Shown: one piece after another, positions 49,482 through 60,011 of the stretch
How positions within the stretch are numbered: position 1 is the stretch's first letter
How the letters are laid out: every line of letters starts with the position of its first letter
NCBI GenBank assembly: GCA_013426185.1
Contig: CP058602.1
Coordinates: forward strand, 206,873 to 270,872
Direction: 5' to 3'
DNA from: Candidatus Woesebacteria bacterium
GTDB lineage: Bacteria; Patescibacteriota; Microgenomatia; UBA8517
DNA length: 64,000 nt
Notes under the pieces: model-generated
What the model was told of the DNA's origin: nothing
The model's database searches: none
The model's input: only the letters and a program-made list of their open reading frames with translations
Translations under genes and position numbers: made by a program

Positions 49482-50593
49482 TTCTTCAATAATTCCAAAA
49501 CCTCATTCAAGAATAATTCTCTAAATCTATCAAAAGAGAACCTCTGCAAATTACTTTTAAAATCATCGCGGTTAAATCTCATTTTAGCAAATCTATTAAT
49601 TGCGTCAACTAAAGAAAAAACATCTTGCTTATCAAAAAATACTCCAGTTTTTTCCTCCAACACTGTCTCGCAAGCACCTCCTTTTCTGTAGGCAATAACG
49701 GGAAGAAAATGACTTTGAGCCTCAAGCGAAACAAGACCAAAATCCTCATACTGAGGCATTATCAAAGCCTTAGCGTTTTGATAGTAGAAAGCCAAAGCTC
49801 TATCATCCACATTTCCAAGAAGTTTAATATTAGGCCCCGCTTTTCTTTTGAGAAAGAACATCTGGCTTCCAGTTCCAATCACTACCAAATTATTCCCCAA
49901 TTGATTGAAAGCTTCCACAACCAAATCTACTTTTTTATAAGGCTCAAGCCTTGAAACTACTAAATAGTAATCCTGAGGATTGAAACCAAGATCAAGATGT
50001 AACGGATTTTTAAAATTAGTGTCTCCGAAATAAATTGGCGGATAAATTACCTCAGATTCTAAACCGTAATACTTCTTAACCCTTTTTCTTACTTCTTGAG
50101 AAATACTAACAATTTTATCAGGACGAAAGGCAGAAATTTTATCCCAATAATGCAAATAAGAAACAATCGGCCTAGATAAAAATCTTAAAACTCCATTCTT
50201 AAAATAATCATCATAATGGCTCCACAAATAGCGAGTAGGAGTCAATAAATAGCAGAGATATTTTGTCTTCGGTTTTGTAATTATCCCTTTGGCAGCCTCG
50301 CTCGTAAGAGAAATCACAAGATCGTAGTTGTCAAAATTGAAAGATTCAAAAGCAAGAGGCATAAGCCAAGGCAAACCTTGATGAAAAGATTTAGCAAAAG
50401 GTATTTTTTGCAGAAATGAAGTATAAACATTAGGAAAGACTTTAGCCCAAGACGCAGTCTTTGGATTATAAACGGAAGTAAAAAGATCAGCTTTGGGGAA
50501 AATCTTATAAAGAGCAAGTAAAACCCTTTCTGCCCCTCCCCATTTATTTACTCTATCATAGACTAAGGCAACTCTAAGATCCTCTATTTCCAT
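49478..50593 (-). CDS. Glycosyltransferase family 4 (GT-B)
   Basis: GT4 C-terminal pattern EDFGLVSLEAQSHFLPVIAYRKGGACETV. Confidence 0.7.
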   Translation of the reverse strand: MEIEDLRVALVYDRVNKWGGAERVLLALYKIFPKADLFTSVYNPKTASWAKVFPNVYTSFLQKIPFAKSFHQGLPWLMPLAFESFNFDNYDLVISLTSEAAKGIITKPKTKYLCYLLTPTRYLWSHYDDYFKNGVLRFLSRPIVSYLHYWDKISAFRPDKIVSISQEVRKRVKKYYGLESEVIYPPIYFGDTNFKNPLHLDLGFNPQDYYLVVSRLEPYKKVDLVVEAFNQLGNNLVVIGTGSQMFFLKRKAGPNIKLLGNVDDRALAFYYQNAKALIMPQYEDFGLVSLEAQSHFLPVIAYRKGGACETVLEEKTGVFFDKQDVFSLVDAINRFAKMRFNRDDFKSNLQRFSFDRFRELFLNEVLELLKK

Positions 50594-50690
50594 TGATCAA
50601 TTCTACTACAAGAACAAAATTAGCTTCAAAATTGTTAAAATTATTTCTCCCCTTACTTGTGTTATATAAAAACCAACCTAAATAACCAGT

Positions 50691-51827
50691 CTAACCTATC
50701 AAAACTTCATTATAAGAATTAATTACGATTTTGGTCATATCCGACCAAGAATATCTTTTCAATAGTTCTTGAGCACTTTCTATTTTCCTTTTTCTTTCAT
50801 TATCTTTCATTTCTAAGACAGAAATTATGATCCGCGCCAAATCTTTAGGATCTTGAGGGTTAAAATAGAAGCAAGAGTTTTGATAAACTTCTCTAAAGAC
50901 TGGTATATCACTCGCTAAAAGTAAAGTCCCAGCTGCTATTGCCTCAAGACCCGGCAGTCCAAAACCTTCAGAGAGAGAAGGAAAAACATAAGCCAAAGAA
51001 TAATGCATTAGAGAAGCCAAATCACGATCAGGCACAAAATCCAAAAAAATAACTCTATCCTCTAATCCCATTCTTCTGGCTTCTTGCTCAAGTTTTTGTC
51101 TGAAATTATTTCGAGGTGAGACAACTAAAAAAATAAAATCCTTAATTCCTTTCTTCTCCAAATACTTGATAGAGTCCAAAACTAGAGTCAAGTTTTTATG
51201 AGGATAGGAATTTCCACAATACATCACGTATTTACCTGATAAATTATACCTTACGTACAAATTTTCTATACCCACAAATTCATCTATAAATTTTTTGTCC
51301 ACTCCCTCATATGTGACCCTTATTTTAGACATTTTTACTTTAAAATTTTCAATTAGTTCTTTTGCAACAGCTTTTGTGGGAACAAAGATAAGCCTTGATC
51401 TAACAACAGCATGCTTAAATACTACAGAATAGAAAAATCTTTTGATTTGATACAAAGGATATGGAAGAGTAGTACTTGAAACTCCTTTAAACTTGTGCAT
51501 TAACATATCATGGATTGTAACCACATATTTACCAAAATAAAAAACAGGCATATTAAAATGAGGAAAATGAACAAGATCCGGCTTCTCGCGATACAGGATA
51601 AAAGGCAATAAAATCTGCTCTAAAACCGAATAATGCCTTATATCAAGACAAATCTTCTTAAAGTTAGAAGGCAACTTCAATTCATTGAAGTACTTTTTTC
51701 TTAAAATGATGACAAAATTAAATTCTGTATCTTCTGTTTTTTTTAACTCATCAATCAAACTAACCAGATACCTTCCCAAACCCATATTTTCAATACCATA
51801 AAGTCTTGCGTCTATAACAATTTTCAT
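50691..51827 (-). CDS. Glycosyltransferase family 4 (GT-B)
   Basis: EGFGLPGLEAIAAGTLLLASDIPVFREV (the EX7E region). Confidence 0.7.
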   Translation of the reverse strand: MKIVIDARLYGIENMGLGRYLVSLIDELKKTEDTEFNFVIILRKKYFNELKLPSNFKKICLDIRHYSVLEQILLPFILYREKPDLVHFPHFNMPVFYFGKYVVTIHDMLMHKFKGVSSTTLPYPLYQIKRFFYSVVFKHAVVRSRLIFVPTKAVAKELIENFKVKMSKIRVTYEGVDKKFIDEFVGIENLYVRYNLSGKYVMYCGNSYPHKNLTLVLDSIKYLEKKGIKDFIFLVVSPRNNFRQKLEQEARRMGLEDRVIFLDFVPDRDLASLMHYSLAYVFPSLSEGFGLPGLEAIAAGTLLLASDIPVFREVYQNSCFYFNPQDPKDLARIIISVLEMKDNERKRKIESAQELLKRYSWSDMTKIVINSYNEVLIG

Positions 51828-52756
51828 CTTAAGTCAAAAATCAACCACTCCAAAAACGTCTTGATAATTCTTGTTAATAAAACCAATTTAATTCCCACCA
51901 AAACTAAATAATTGACAAGAAGCGGGTATTTCTGCCAAAGTCTTTTGCGATAAAAAACCTCCATAGATTTGACTCCCTGGCTTCTTATTTTTATTTTTTC
52001 TCCAAGATTAACCTTGCGTCTTCTATCAGAAACTAATTTTCCCTTACTAACACCCTTCAAGTGAAGGATTTTAACCTTAGGATAATAGACCAACTTCCAA
52101 CCTTTCTCCTTTATTCTCCAAGAAAGATCTATATCCTCCCCATCAAGAAAATAATCCTCATCAAACCAGCCAACATCATCTAATATCTTCTTTCTTGTCA
52201 TAAAAAATGCTCCCTGCAAAGCATCAACTTCATGAATTTCATTTTCAGAAATATACCCATACCAATACCTTCCAAAAATAGGAGATTTGGGAAAGAGTCT
52301 ATCAAGCCTTAAGACCAGATGAATTAAGCCAATCCAAGGAGTAATAAAACTCCTTCTTGTGTCCTTATCTAGCTCCCCATTTGGCAAGACCAACTTGCAA
52401 CTTATCACTCCAACTTCCTTATTTTCATCAAGATATTTAACGGTTTCCTTAATAGCATTGGGGTAAACAACAGTATCCGAATTCAAAAAAAGAACGTATT
52501 TCCCTCTAACTTTATCCTTCGCTCTATTATTGCCAGCCGCAAAACCAAGGTTCTTTTCATTTTTTACCAAAATAACTTCAGGGAATTCCTTTTGAACAAT
52601 AGAGACACTTTTGTCACTCGAGGCATTATCAACTACAATCACCTCAAAATCAGCTTCATTTTTAACCTTCTTTAAAGAAGAAAGACAATCAAAAAGTAAA
52701 TCACAAGTATTATAATTTAAAATAACAATTGAAAGCTTGGGGTTTCCCTTCTTCAT
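51824..52756 (-). CDS. Glycosyltransferase family 2
   Basis: KLSIVILNYNTCDLLFDCLSSL...VIVVDNASSD...LNSDTVV. Confidence 0.75.
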   Translation of the reverse strand: MKKGNPKLSIVILNYNTCDLLFDCLSSLKKVKNEADFEVIVVDNASSDKSVSIVQKEFPEVILVKNEKNLGFAAGNNRAKDKVRGKYVLFLNSDTVVYPNAIKETVKYLDENKEVGVISCKLVLPNGELDKDTRRSFITPWIGLIHLVLRLDRLFPKSPIFGRYWYGYISENEIHEVDALQGAFFMTRKKILDDVGWFDEDYFLDGEDIDLSWRIKEKGWKLVYYPKVKILHLKGVSKGKLVSDRRRKVNLGEKIKIRSQGVKSMEVFYRKRLWQKYPLLVNYLVLVGIKLVLLTRIIKTFLEWLIFDLR

Positions 52757-52758
52757 TA

Positions 52759-53961
52759 TTATTCACTTTTTGCAGTCTCTTTATAAATCTTATCAAGTTT
52801 ATCTGAAATAACACTCCAGCTAAAATTTTTCTCCACTAAAAGACGAGCGTTAACTGCAAGTTCCTTTGCTTTTTGAGGATGAGTTAAAATAAATACGGCT
52901 TTTTCTGCCATCTTTTCAAAATCATCCTCAACCAAGATATGCTTTCCTTCAATAGCATCGAGGCCCTCAGCACCAACCGTCGTTGTCAAAAGAGGTAGTT
53001 TTGAAGCCATGGCCGCAAAATGCTTTAACCTTGTACCACCTGGGCCTTTCAGAGGAGAAATAAAAATAGAAGACTCGCAGTACGCCTTTCTTATCGTCTC
53101 CTCATCATCATAATCAAGATCGCTAACAATTACATTGTCACTACTTTTCTTCTTGATTTTATCTGGCACGTGCTGGCCAACTATCCAAAGTTTGCACTTT
53201 GGCAATTTCTGCAAGACCATTGGAAAAACTATATCAAGCAAGGCTTCTGCTGCTTCAGTATTTTGTAACCATTTAAAATTAGCAACAAAGAGAATCTTCG
53301 GATTTTCATCTTCCCAATTATCCTTAACTCGAAAGAAATCAAGATCAACACCATTGGGCAAAATGTCAACATCCAAATGAGGTGAAACCTTAAGCATTTC
53401 TCTTTTATCAGCCTCAGAAACCGCTACTACTTTGTTTGCCTTTTCCCAATATTTTTTCTCCCAATATTTTAGCTTAATAACATCAATCAAAAATAAAGGC
53501 TTCAAGAAAAGCCAAGCTTGCTCATCTACATAATGCTTATAGACCAAATATTCAATAGTCTGGTCAACTAAAAGTATCGGAATCTTAGTCTCTGGTATGT
53601 GAGGCATTACATAGAATGTTTCAGCGTGGATAATATCATACGGCGAATCTCTCAATTCTTTTTCAACCGCTTCTTTCTCCTCATTAACAAGATTGCGAAT
53701 AACCAAAAAGGGATAAGTGCCAAAACCAGTTCTCAAGATATTATTCAAAGTCCAAGGGCTCATTGATCTCTTGAAAACTTTCACTTTATGGCAATACTTT
53801 TCAAGCTCCGAAACATATTTTTTCTCATCATCGCTTTTGATCAAAGAAAAGAGAGTTATCTCATGTTTATCCGAAAGATGTTTGATAAGGTTATAAGACC
53901 TAATCTGTCCTCCTGAGGAAGGAGGAAAAGGCAAATATGGTGTTAGCATTAATATTTTCAT
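52759..53961 (-). CDS. Glycosyltransferase family 4 (GT-B)
   Basis: MKILMLTPYLPFPPSSGGQIRSYNLIKHL, a classic GT4 N-terminus, and a C-terminal nucleotide-binding region. Confidence 0.7.
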   Translation of the reverse strand: MKILMLTPYLPFPPSSGGQIRSYNLIKHLSDKHEITLFSLIKSDDEKKYVSELEKYCHKVKVFKRSMSPWTLNNILRTGFGTYPFLVIRNLVNEEKEAVEKELRDSPYDIIHAETFYVMPHIPETKIPILLVDQTIEYLVYKHYVDEQAWLFLKPLFLIDVIKLKYWEKKYWEKANKVVAVSEADKREMLKVSPHLDVDILPNGVDLDFFRVKDNWEDENPKILFVANFKWLQNTEAAEALLDIVFPMVLQKLPKCKLWIVGQHVPDKIKKKSSDNVIVSDLDYDDEETIRKAYCESSIFISPLKGPGGTRLKHFAAMASKLPLLTTTVGAEGLDAIEGKHILVEDDFEKMAEKAVFILTHPQKAKELAVNARLLVEKNFSWSVISDKLDKIYKETAKSE

Positions 53962-55406
53962 TTTTTGTTCTTAGTTAGGTCGGCTATAAAATAACTATCA
54001 GTCTCTTTAATCACCAAAAAATTAGATTTTATATATTTTGAGTCTTGGCTTTCCTTTTCAACTGAAACATAATAATCAGCTCCTCTTTCTTTTATCAATT
54101 TTTCAAAAGATGTGTCAACAGCAGGCCAACCAAAGCGCTTAGTCTGATACAAAAAAGCCGTATCACCATTGTAAGGAGCAATAACTCTTGCATCCTTTGG
54201 AGTTAGTTCATCAACAGCTCTGCCTGCTTCAATTATTTCAGGATGGTTAATTTGATAATAATCTTTAACTTTGTAAAAAGACATAAAAAACATCATAAAA
54301 CAAAAGAAAGACCAAATCAAAATTTTTCCAAAATCAAGACCTGAAAGCAGAAAATAACTCCCCTGTGCCAAAGCCAAAGAAACAGCAGGGACAACAAATA
54401 TCTGGTAATAATCATGTCTCACATTAGCAGACGCAAAAATTGAGACATATAAAAACATACCAATCAAAAAGAAACGAATAAAATTACTTTTTTGTTTATT
54501 AATTAATCCCAATCCAAAAAGAAATATTCCATAAATACCCAATATTAGATACCCCAGCCTTTCACCAAAAATCCAACGCCAAAAAGCAGGATGGAAACGA
54601 ATTAAGTCTCCGTTAAAAGACCATTCCATAAAAGGAATCCCTGCCGGGAATTTGTTGACCCAGACGCGCCAAAGGAAAAAAGGCAAAAGGATAATAGCAA
54701 GAAATACAACAATCTTAATAAAATTACTCGCTTTCTTGAAAATACCACCAAGAGAATATTTTTCTAAAAATAAAAGCAAAATCGGCATAAAATAAAAGAT
54801 TGCATGGGGTTTAACCAAAACCGACAAAGCCAAAAACAAGGAAGAAAGATAAAAAAACAAAATCTTCCCTCTATCTAAAAAATTAACAAAGAGGACTAAA
54901 GAAAAAAGAGCTAAACTGACGGCTGTCGGCTCAGGCAAAATAACACGCGAATAATATATGTTATAAGGCAAAAATGCAAAGAATAAGGCTGCCAAAACCC
55001 CTCCCCAAGAAGAGATAAACCTTTTCCCCAAAAGATAAATAAAAACAATTGAGAAAAGAGAAAAAATAACACTTGTCATCCTTCCCCAACCATCAAAAGT
55101 CAAAGGACCATCCAACCTTGCAAGTAAAGTATGAACTATATTAAAAAAAGGAAATTCAACAAAACGATAGCCTTGAGGATTAAAAAAACCAGATTGAATA
55201 CTTGAGATATCATAATAACGAGGATGAAGGATATCAATACCGTCGTTAAAATAAATACGAGAAACAGAAGCAGTATCAGCTTGACGCCAAGAGTGCCAAT
55301 CAGCAACCGGGCTATTAATCTTATAGAGCCTCGCCAAAAAAGCAAAAACTAAAATCAAAAACAAAAAGAACTCTTCCTTTAAAAAGATAAATCTTTTTTT
55401 TCTCAT
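53958..55406 (-). CDS. GT-C membrane glycosyltransferase (PMT/ArnT family, COG1807-like)
   Basis: 482 aa; the first loop LARLYKINSPVADWHSWRQADTASVSRIYF fits the GT39/GT83 pattern; about 11 TM helices plus a C-terminal soluble domain. Confidence 0.65.
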   Translation of the reverse strand: MRKKRFIFLKEEFFLFLILVFAFLARLYKINSPVADWHSWRQADTASVSRIYFNDGIDILHPRYYDISSIQSGFFNPQGYRFVEFPFFNIVHTLLARLDGPLTFDGWGRMTSVIFSLFSIVFIYLLGKRFISSWGGVLAALFFAFLPYNIYYSRVILPEPTAVSLALFSLVLFVNFLDRGKILFFYLSSLFLALSVLVKPHAIFYFMPILLLFLEKYSLGGIFKKASNFIKIVVFLAIILLPFFLWRVWVNKFPAGIPFMEWSFNGDLIRFHPAFWRWIFGERLGYLILGIYGIFLFGLGLINKQKSNFIRFFLIGMFLYVSIFASANVRHDYYQIFVVPAVSLALAQGSYFLLSGLDFGKILIWSFFCFMMFFMSFYKVKDYYQINHPEIIEAGRAVDELTPKDARVIAPYNGDTAFLYQTKRFGWPAVDTSFEKLIKERGADYYVSVEKESQDSKYIKSNFLVIKETDSYFIADLTKNKK

Positions 55407-56875
55407 ATTCTTTTGACAGCCCTAAAATTATAATCCAGATACCCAAAAGTTACTCCAAGTAAAAGCCAAAGTAAAGAAGCTATTTTACTTGCCTCAAAAA
55501 CGTCAATCAAGAAACTGTTGATAATAAAGGCAAAAAACAAGGCTATAACAGCCGAAATATAATATCTCAAAAAACCTGACGACTTTTTCCAAAAATAAAA
55601 CAGTCTTTTAAAGATTAAATAAATCAATATGACAAAAGTAAAAAAACCAAGAATTCCTACCTCTGCCAAAAGCCTTAAGAAATCATTATCAGTTGCAAGC
55701 TCTACTGAAGAATAGCCACTTCCCAAGAAGGGGTTTCTTAAAAACGCTCGCCAAGCCCTTGGCCACTCAACTTTAGTTCTAATCTCAAAAGAGCGATAAA
55801 CCGCAACTTCAGCAATATTAACGGGTTCTCCCGGAACGACATCGGCCGGTAAGTTTTCGCCGACATCAAGTCTTTTACCGCTTGAAGGCAGTGTCGGGAT
55901 ATTAAGCTGACTTCTTTTTTCCTGCTCTTTGTTTACAGCGCTAAATGAAATCCACTCTTTAGATATATTAACCTTAATTGTCAAAAGAAAACGATCGCGA
56001 AGTTGTGAAGGATAAGCCAAAATTGCAAGGAAGATCAAGACAGAAAAAAGAATAAGCTTCTTTTTATTAAGTAAAAGTAGCAGAAAGACAACACCAAGAA
56101 AAAGGGCAATAAAAGAAAGGCGTGCCGCAGTTAACATAAAAACATAAAAAGAGAGTCCCAAAGCAAAAATTAAAAGAAGAAAGACAAAAAACTTTATCTT
56201 ATCCTTTCTAACAAAAGGTAAGAGATAGACGACAAAAGAAACTAGAAGAAGCATCATCATTACCAAAAATACAGCCAAATCGTAATGTCCAGCAAAAGTA
56301 GAATTTACTCTCTGGCCAGGAACAAGATAAACGATTTTTCCTTTTGAGAGCTCTGTATTTATAGTTGAAATACTGGGAAAGTGAAAATAAAGCTGACCTA
56401 CAGCATAAAAGTTAACAATAAAAAGAGAAATAAATAAAGTCAAAAGAAACAAAGTAAATCTTCGCTTATTTATAGGAATAGTCATTCCCAAAAAAACAAG
56501 AATCAAAAGTTCAACTCTTCTTAAAAAATGAAAAACAACTGCAGAAAAAGAAACAGTTTGAATCAAGGATATAGCAGAATAAGAGGACACGATTCCTACT
56601 AACCAAAACAAAACAGCGGCTTGAAAAATTCTATTCTTAATTAAATCTTTCCACTTACCAGAAAAGAAAATATAAAAACTAAAAGACAATACAGTGAAAA
56701 GAATAAGAAAATCTTCAAGCCTCACCGAAACCACCATCCTGGGTAGTTCAATAAAAGGAAATTTCTGATACAAAAGGACAAACACCAAGACAGAAAGGAT
56801 AAGCCAAAACAAAAACTCTTCAAATTTGCTTAAGTATTTGTGCATAAGTTTTCGCATAACTAACCTTACCAACAA
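55403..56875 (-). CDS. Wzy/O-antigen-ligase-like polytopic membrane protein
   Basis: 490 aa with 10 or more TM helices and a about 90-aa extracytoplasmic loop (KVNISKEWISFSAVNKEQEKRSQLNIPTLPSSGKRLDVG...). Confidence 0.5.
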   Translation of the reverse strand: MLVRLVMRKLMHKYLSKFEEFLFWLILSVLVFVLLYQKFPFIELPRMVVSVRLEDFLILFTVLSFSFYIFFSGKWKDLIKNRIFQAAVLFWLVGIVSSYSAISLIQTVSFSAVVFHFLRRVELLILVFLGMTIPINKRRFTLFLLTLFISLFIVNFYAVGQLYFHFPSISTINTELSKGKIVYLVPGQRVNSTFAGHYDLAVFLVMMMLLLVSFVVYLLPFVRKDKIKFFVFLLLIFALGLSFYVFMLTAARLSFIALFLGVVFLLLLLNKKKLILFSVLIFLAILAYPSQLRDRFLLTIKVNISKEWISFSAVNKEQEKRSQLNIPTLPSSGKRLDVGENLPADVVPGEPVNIAEVAVYRSFEIRTKVEWPRAWRAFLRNPFLGSGYSSVELATDNDFLRLLAEVGILGFFTFVILIYLIFKRLFYFWKKSSGFLRYYISAVIALFFAFIINSFLIDVFEASKIASLLWLLLGVTFGYLDYNFRAVKRI

Positions 56876-57734
56876 AAAGAAAAGCCACCGACCTTAAAGC
56901 TACAAAAAGATAAATTAAAAATAAAAGAAAAGTTCTTGACAGCTCGCCAAAATGTTTTTCATAGAAATACAAAAGCCCTCTAAATTCCCCCAGCCATTGC
57001 CTCAGCTGAGGTTTATCTAAACTAGCACCACCAAGATGAATTATTTCTGCTTTATCGGTAAAACCAATTTTAAATCCTGCCTTTTTTGCCCTGAAACAAA
57101 AATCAACATCTTCTCCATACATAAAAATCTTATCATCCAAAAATCCTATTTTTTCAAACACTTTTTTTGAGACCAGCATTGCAGCGCCTGCAACCCAACC
57201 AACCAAGGCTCCATCTTTAAAGTATTTCAGGTTTCTTTCCTGATAAGAAGGAAGCCTTAAGATAGGGCGAAAAATATCATCAAGCCCCGATATCCAAAAA
57301 AACAAAGGCCAAAAATAAGGCAATTCTCCTCCACTTGGTTGAAAACTCATATCAGGATTAAGTAGCTTAGGAGAACAAATATCAAAGCCTGACTTGGCAA
57401 AACTATAAAGTTTGTCAAGAGAGCCTTCCAAAACTTCCGTATCTGAATTGAGAATTAAAAAATATTCAGCTTTATTTAGATATCGCTTGAGTGCCAAATT
57501 ATTTCCCCCGGCAAACCCCAAATTCCTGTCTGAAGCAATAAAATCTACATCTTTAAATTTTGGCTTAAGGTAATCAAGAGATCCATCATTTGAAGCATTG
57601 TCAACCACCACAATCTTGACCTTCCTACGCCATTTCTTATCCAAAATGCTTTTGATGCACTTTTCAGTTAACGCTTTGGTATTGTAATTTAGAATAACTA
57701 CTAAGATATTAGTCACAGCTAATTTTTCGAACAA
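56820..57734 (-). CDS. Glycosyltransferase family 2
   Basis: LVVILNYNTKALTEKCIKSI...IVVVDNASNDGS...LNSDTEV. Confidence 0.75.
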   Translation of the reverse strand: MFEKLAVTNILVVILNYNTKALTEKCIKSILDKKWRRKVKIVVVDNASNDGSLDYLKPKFKDVDFIASDRNLGFAGGNNLALKRYLNKAEYFLILNSDTEVLEGSLDKLYSFAKSGFDICSPKLLNPDMSFQPSGGELPYFWPLFFWISGLDDIFRPILRLPSYQERNLKYFKDGALVGWVAGAAMLVSKKVFEKIGFLDDKIFMYGEDVDFCFRAKKAGFKIGFTDKAEIIHLGGASLDKPQLRQWLGEFRGLLYFYEKHFGELSRTFLLFLIYLFVALRSVAFLFVGKVSYAKTYAQILKQI

Positions 57735-58272
57735 AATTATATAAAAGGATAACTATCAAATTAATTCCCGCCCAAACCCCCAGTCTATTTATGATTTTGG
57801 TTGGATAATAACGCAAAGTAACTTTCGTCTCATAAAGCATCCCACCGGCAGCAAAACGAGTAGCCCCATCGTATCTTGGTTCTTTAGTCTTTTCATCAAA
57901 AGGCTCAAGCCCATTAACAAACAAGGAACCACGCAGAGGATAGACATATTCTTCAAGATAAGTGCTTTGGGTTTGATCTTTTATATAATTAAAGGCATAT
58001 TCAGGAGGATGATTCAAAGTTAGAGGAGGAAAAGGAAATTTAGTCATAAACTGAAACTGATCGCGATAGTATTTAGTCACAAAAGAGCGATAGTTGTCAG
58101 AAAAATAAGCAGAGATATTAGGTACTTCAACTGTATCGCCACTTAATTCAGATTTCGTTGATTGAGGCAAGGAAGCAAAATCGGAAATTTTCTTCGGCTC
58201 AAAAGGCCAGACCAAATACAAGAGGAAAACAAAAGAAAAAATAAAAAAAAGAAGATTTAAGAAAATTCGCAT
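57709..58272 (-). CDS. Membrane-anchored hypothetical protein
   Basis: 187 aa with an N-terminal TM helix. No family recognised. It lies within the glycan locus. Confidence 0.35.
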   Translation of the reverse strand: MRIFLNLLFFIFSFVFLLYLVWPFEPKKISDFASLPQSTKSELSGDTVEVPNISAYFSDNYRSFVTKYYRDQFQFMTKFPFPPLTLNHPPEYAFNYIKDQTQSTYLEEYVYPLRGSLFVNGLEPFDEKTKEPRYDGATRFAAGGMLYETKVTLRYYPTKIINRLGVWAGINLIVILLYNFVRKISCD

Positions 58273-58877
58273 TATTGGAAAAGTCTTGCTCTGCCAAGGC
58301 GATAATTTAATTCTTTCAATTTCCTTTCTCCTATCACCCTGGCAGGCACTCCACCAACTATTTCAAAATCACCAACATCTTTGGTAACAACAGCTCCTGC
58401 TGCAACAACTGCTCCTTTGCCTATTTTAACTCCAGGCAAGATAATAACCCGAGGTCCGATAAAACAATAATCACCTATGACAACAGGCTCATTTATTGCC
58501 TTAAAATCTTTATCTGCCAAATCGTGCTCGGAATTAAAAATCATTACAGAGGAGGCAATGTCTGTATGACTTCCAATGATTATTTTGTCCCTACCATCCA
58601 AAAAAGCATGATCCCCAATGATAGTATCCTCCCCAACAACTATATTCTTAGGATCAAAAAAACTAGCCCACATGTGGAAAGTTGAACCACGACCAATCTT
58701 TATTCCAAAAAGACGATAGATATTGTTTCTTATGATATGCGAGGGAACGTGCCCCACCCAGCGAAGAAGCATCAACTCAAAATCAAGAAAATAATTATAA
58801 AACCTATTGGTTATCTTCCTTAAAGCCTCGCTCCAGCTAAGACTTTGACCATGTTTATCTTTAAAAAAACTTTTCAT
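58272..58877 (-). CDS. Hexapeptide-repeat (left-handed beta-helix) O-acetyltransferase
   Basis: Hexapeptide repeats IGDHAFLDGRDKIIIGSHTDIASSVMIF...IGDYCFIGPRVIILPGVKIGKGAVVAAGAVV (WcaF/maltose-acetyltransferase-like). Confidence 0.75.
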   Translation of the reverse strand: MKSFFKDKHGQSLSWSEALRKITNRFYNYFLDFELMLLRWVGHVPSHIIRNNIYRLFGIKIGRGSTFHMWASFFDPKNIVVGEDTIIGDHAFLDGRDKIIIGSHTDIASSVMIFNSEHDLADKDFKAINEPVVIGDYCFIGPRVIILPGVKIGKGAVVAAGAVVTKDVGDFEIVGGVPARVIGERKLKELNYRLGRARLFQ

Positions 58878-60010
58878 TTTCCTAATATTTTATCAAAGAA
58901 AGACAAAGTTTCTTTAGCCGTTTTCTCCCAAGAAAAAAGCTGAGCGCGTTTAATTCCCTTCTTAACCAATTCATTATACTCTTTTTCCCTCATACCAAGC
59001 ACTTTCTTAATACCATCTGCAATTGACTGGACACAATAAGGATCAACCAAAATCCCAGCATCACGAACCACTTCAGGAAAGCTCGCGATGTTTGAGACCA
59101 CAACAGGTGTTCCACAAGCCATAGATTCAAGCGCAATTAACCCAAATCCTTCCCAAAAAGACGGGCTAACAAAAACACGAGCGCCTGAAATTAATCCCGG
59201 CTTATCTATTTCATCAACAAAATCGGTAAAGATAACTTTCTTTTCAATACCCAACTTTTTTACTTTCTCAAAGATATTCTCAAAAAGCCAACCCTTTTTA
59301 CCAGCAATCACCAATTGATAATCAGGGAATTCCTCTTTTATTTTTGCAAAAGCCTCAATTAGACCCTCAATATTTTTACTTGGCTTTAAAGTTCCAAGAT
59401 AGAGGATATAGTTTTTACCAATTTTATACTTTCTTTGCACCTGTCGCACATTATCTTTAGGGATTGGAAAGTAAAATCTTTCCTTGTCATAGCCAAGATA
59501 AGTTACAGTAATCTTGCGGGAAGCAAAAGGATAATGTCGCAAAATATCACGAGCAGTTTCTTTTGAGATGGCTATGATACCTTTTGATACAAAAATAGAG
59601 ATAGCACTCCAATACTTTAACTGCCAAAACACTTTTTTTTCAAATTGTTCCGAAAATTCAAGATATCCTAAGTCCATTATGGAAACCACTCTTGGAATAC
59701 TTAAAAAGGGCACTGTATAATGGCTAGGAGAAAATAAAAGATCTAACTTGTCTTGATTAGCCCAAAGATAAGGCATCAGCCTTGTCAAAATCCAAAGGCC
59801 CTTTCCGGGTATAACTTTGTACTCCCAAAAATTAGGCACAGGAAGAGGCATATCAGAACGAGGTTTTGAGGCCAGATATACCATAAACCTATAGTTTCCT
59901 TTAATTTTATCCTGTAGTTTATAGAGGGACCAGAGCAAATTAAAGGCATAGATATTAACTCCTACTTTATTTTCAATGTTTGCCTCATTTCCATCTATTC
60001 CAATTATCAT
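58874..60010 (-). CDS. Glycosyltransferase family 4 (GT-B)
   Basis: EGFGLIALESMACGTPVVVSNIASFPEVV. Confidence 0.7.
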   Translation of the reverse strand: MIIGIDGNEANIENKVGVNIYAFNLLWSLYKLQDKIKGNYRFMVYLASKPRSDMPLPVPNFWEYKVIPGKGLWILTRLMPYLWANQDKLDLLFSPSHYTVPFLSIPRVVSIMDLGYLEFSEQFEKKVFWQLKYWSAISIFVSKGIIAISKETARDILRHYPFASRKITVTYLGYDKERFYFPIPKDNVRQVQRKYKIGKNYILYLGTLKPSKNIEGLIEAFAKIKEEFPDYQLVIAGKKGWLFENIFEKVKKLGIEKKVIFTDFVDEIDKPGLISGARVFVSPSFWEGFGLIALESMACGTPVVVSNIASFPEVVRDAGILVDPYCVQSIADGIKKVLGMREKEYNELVKKGIKRAQLFSWEKTAKETLSFFDKILGK

Positions 60011-60011
60011 A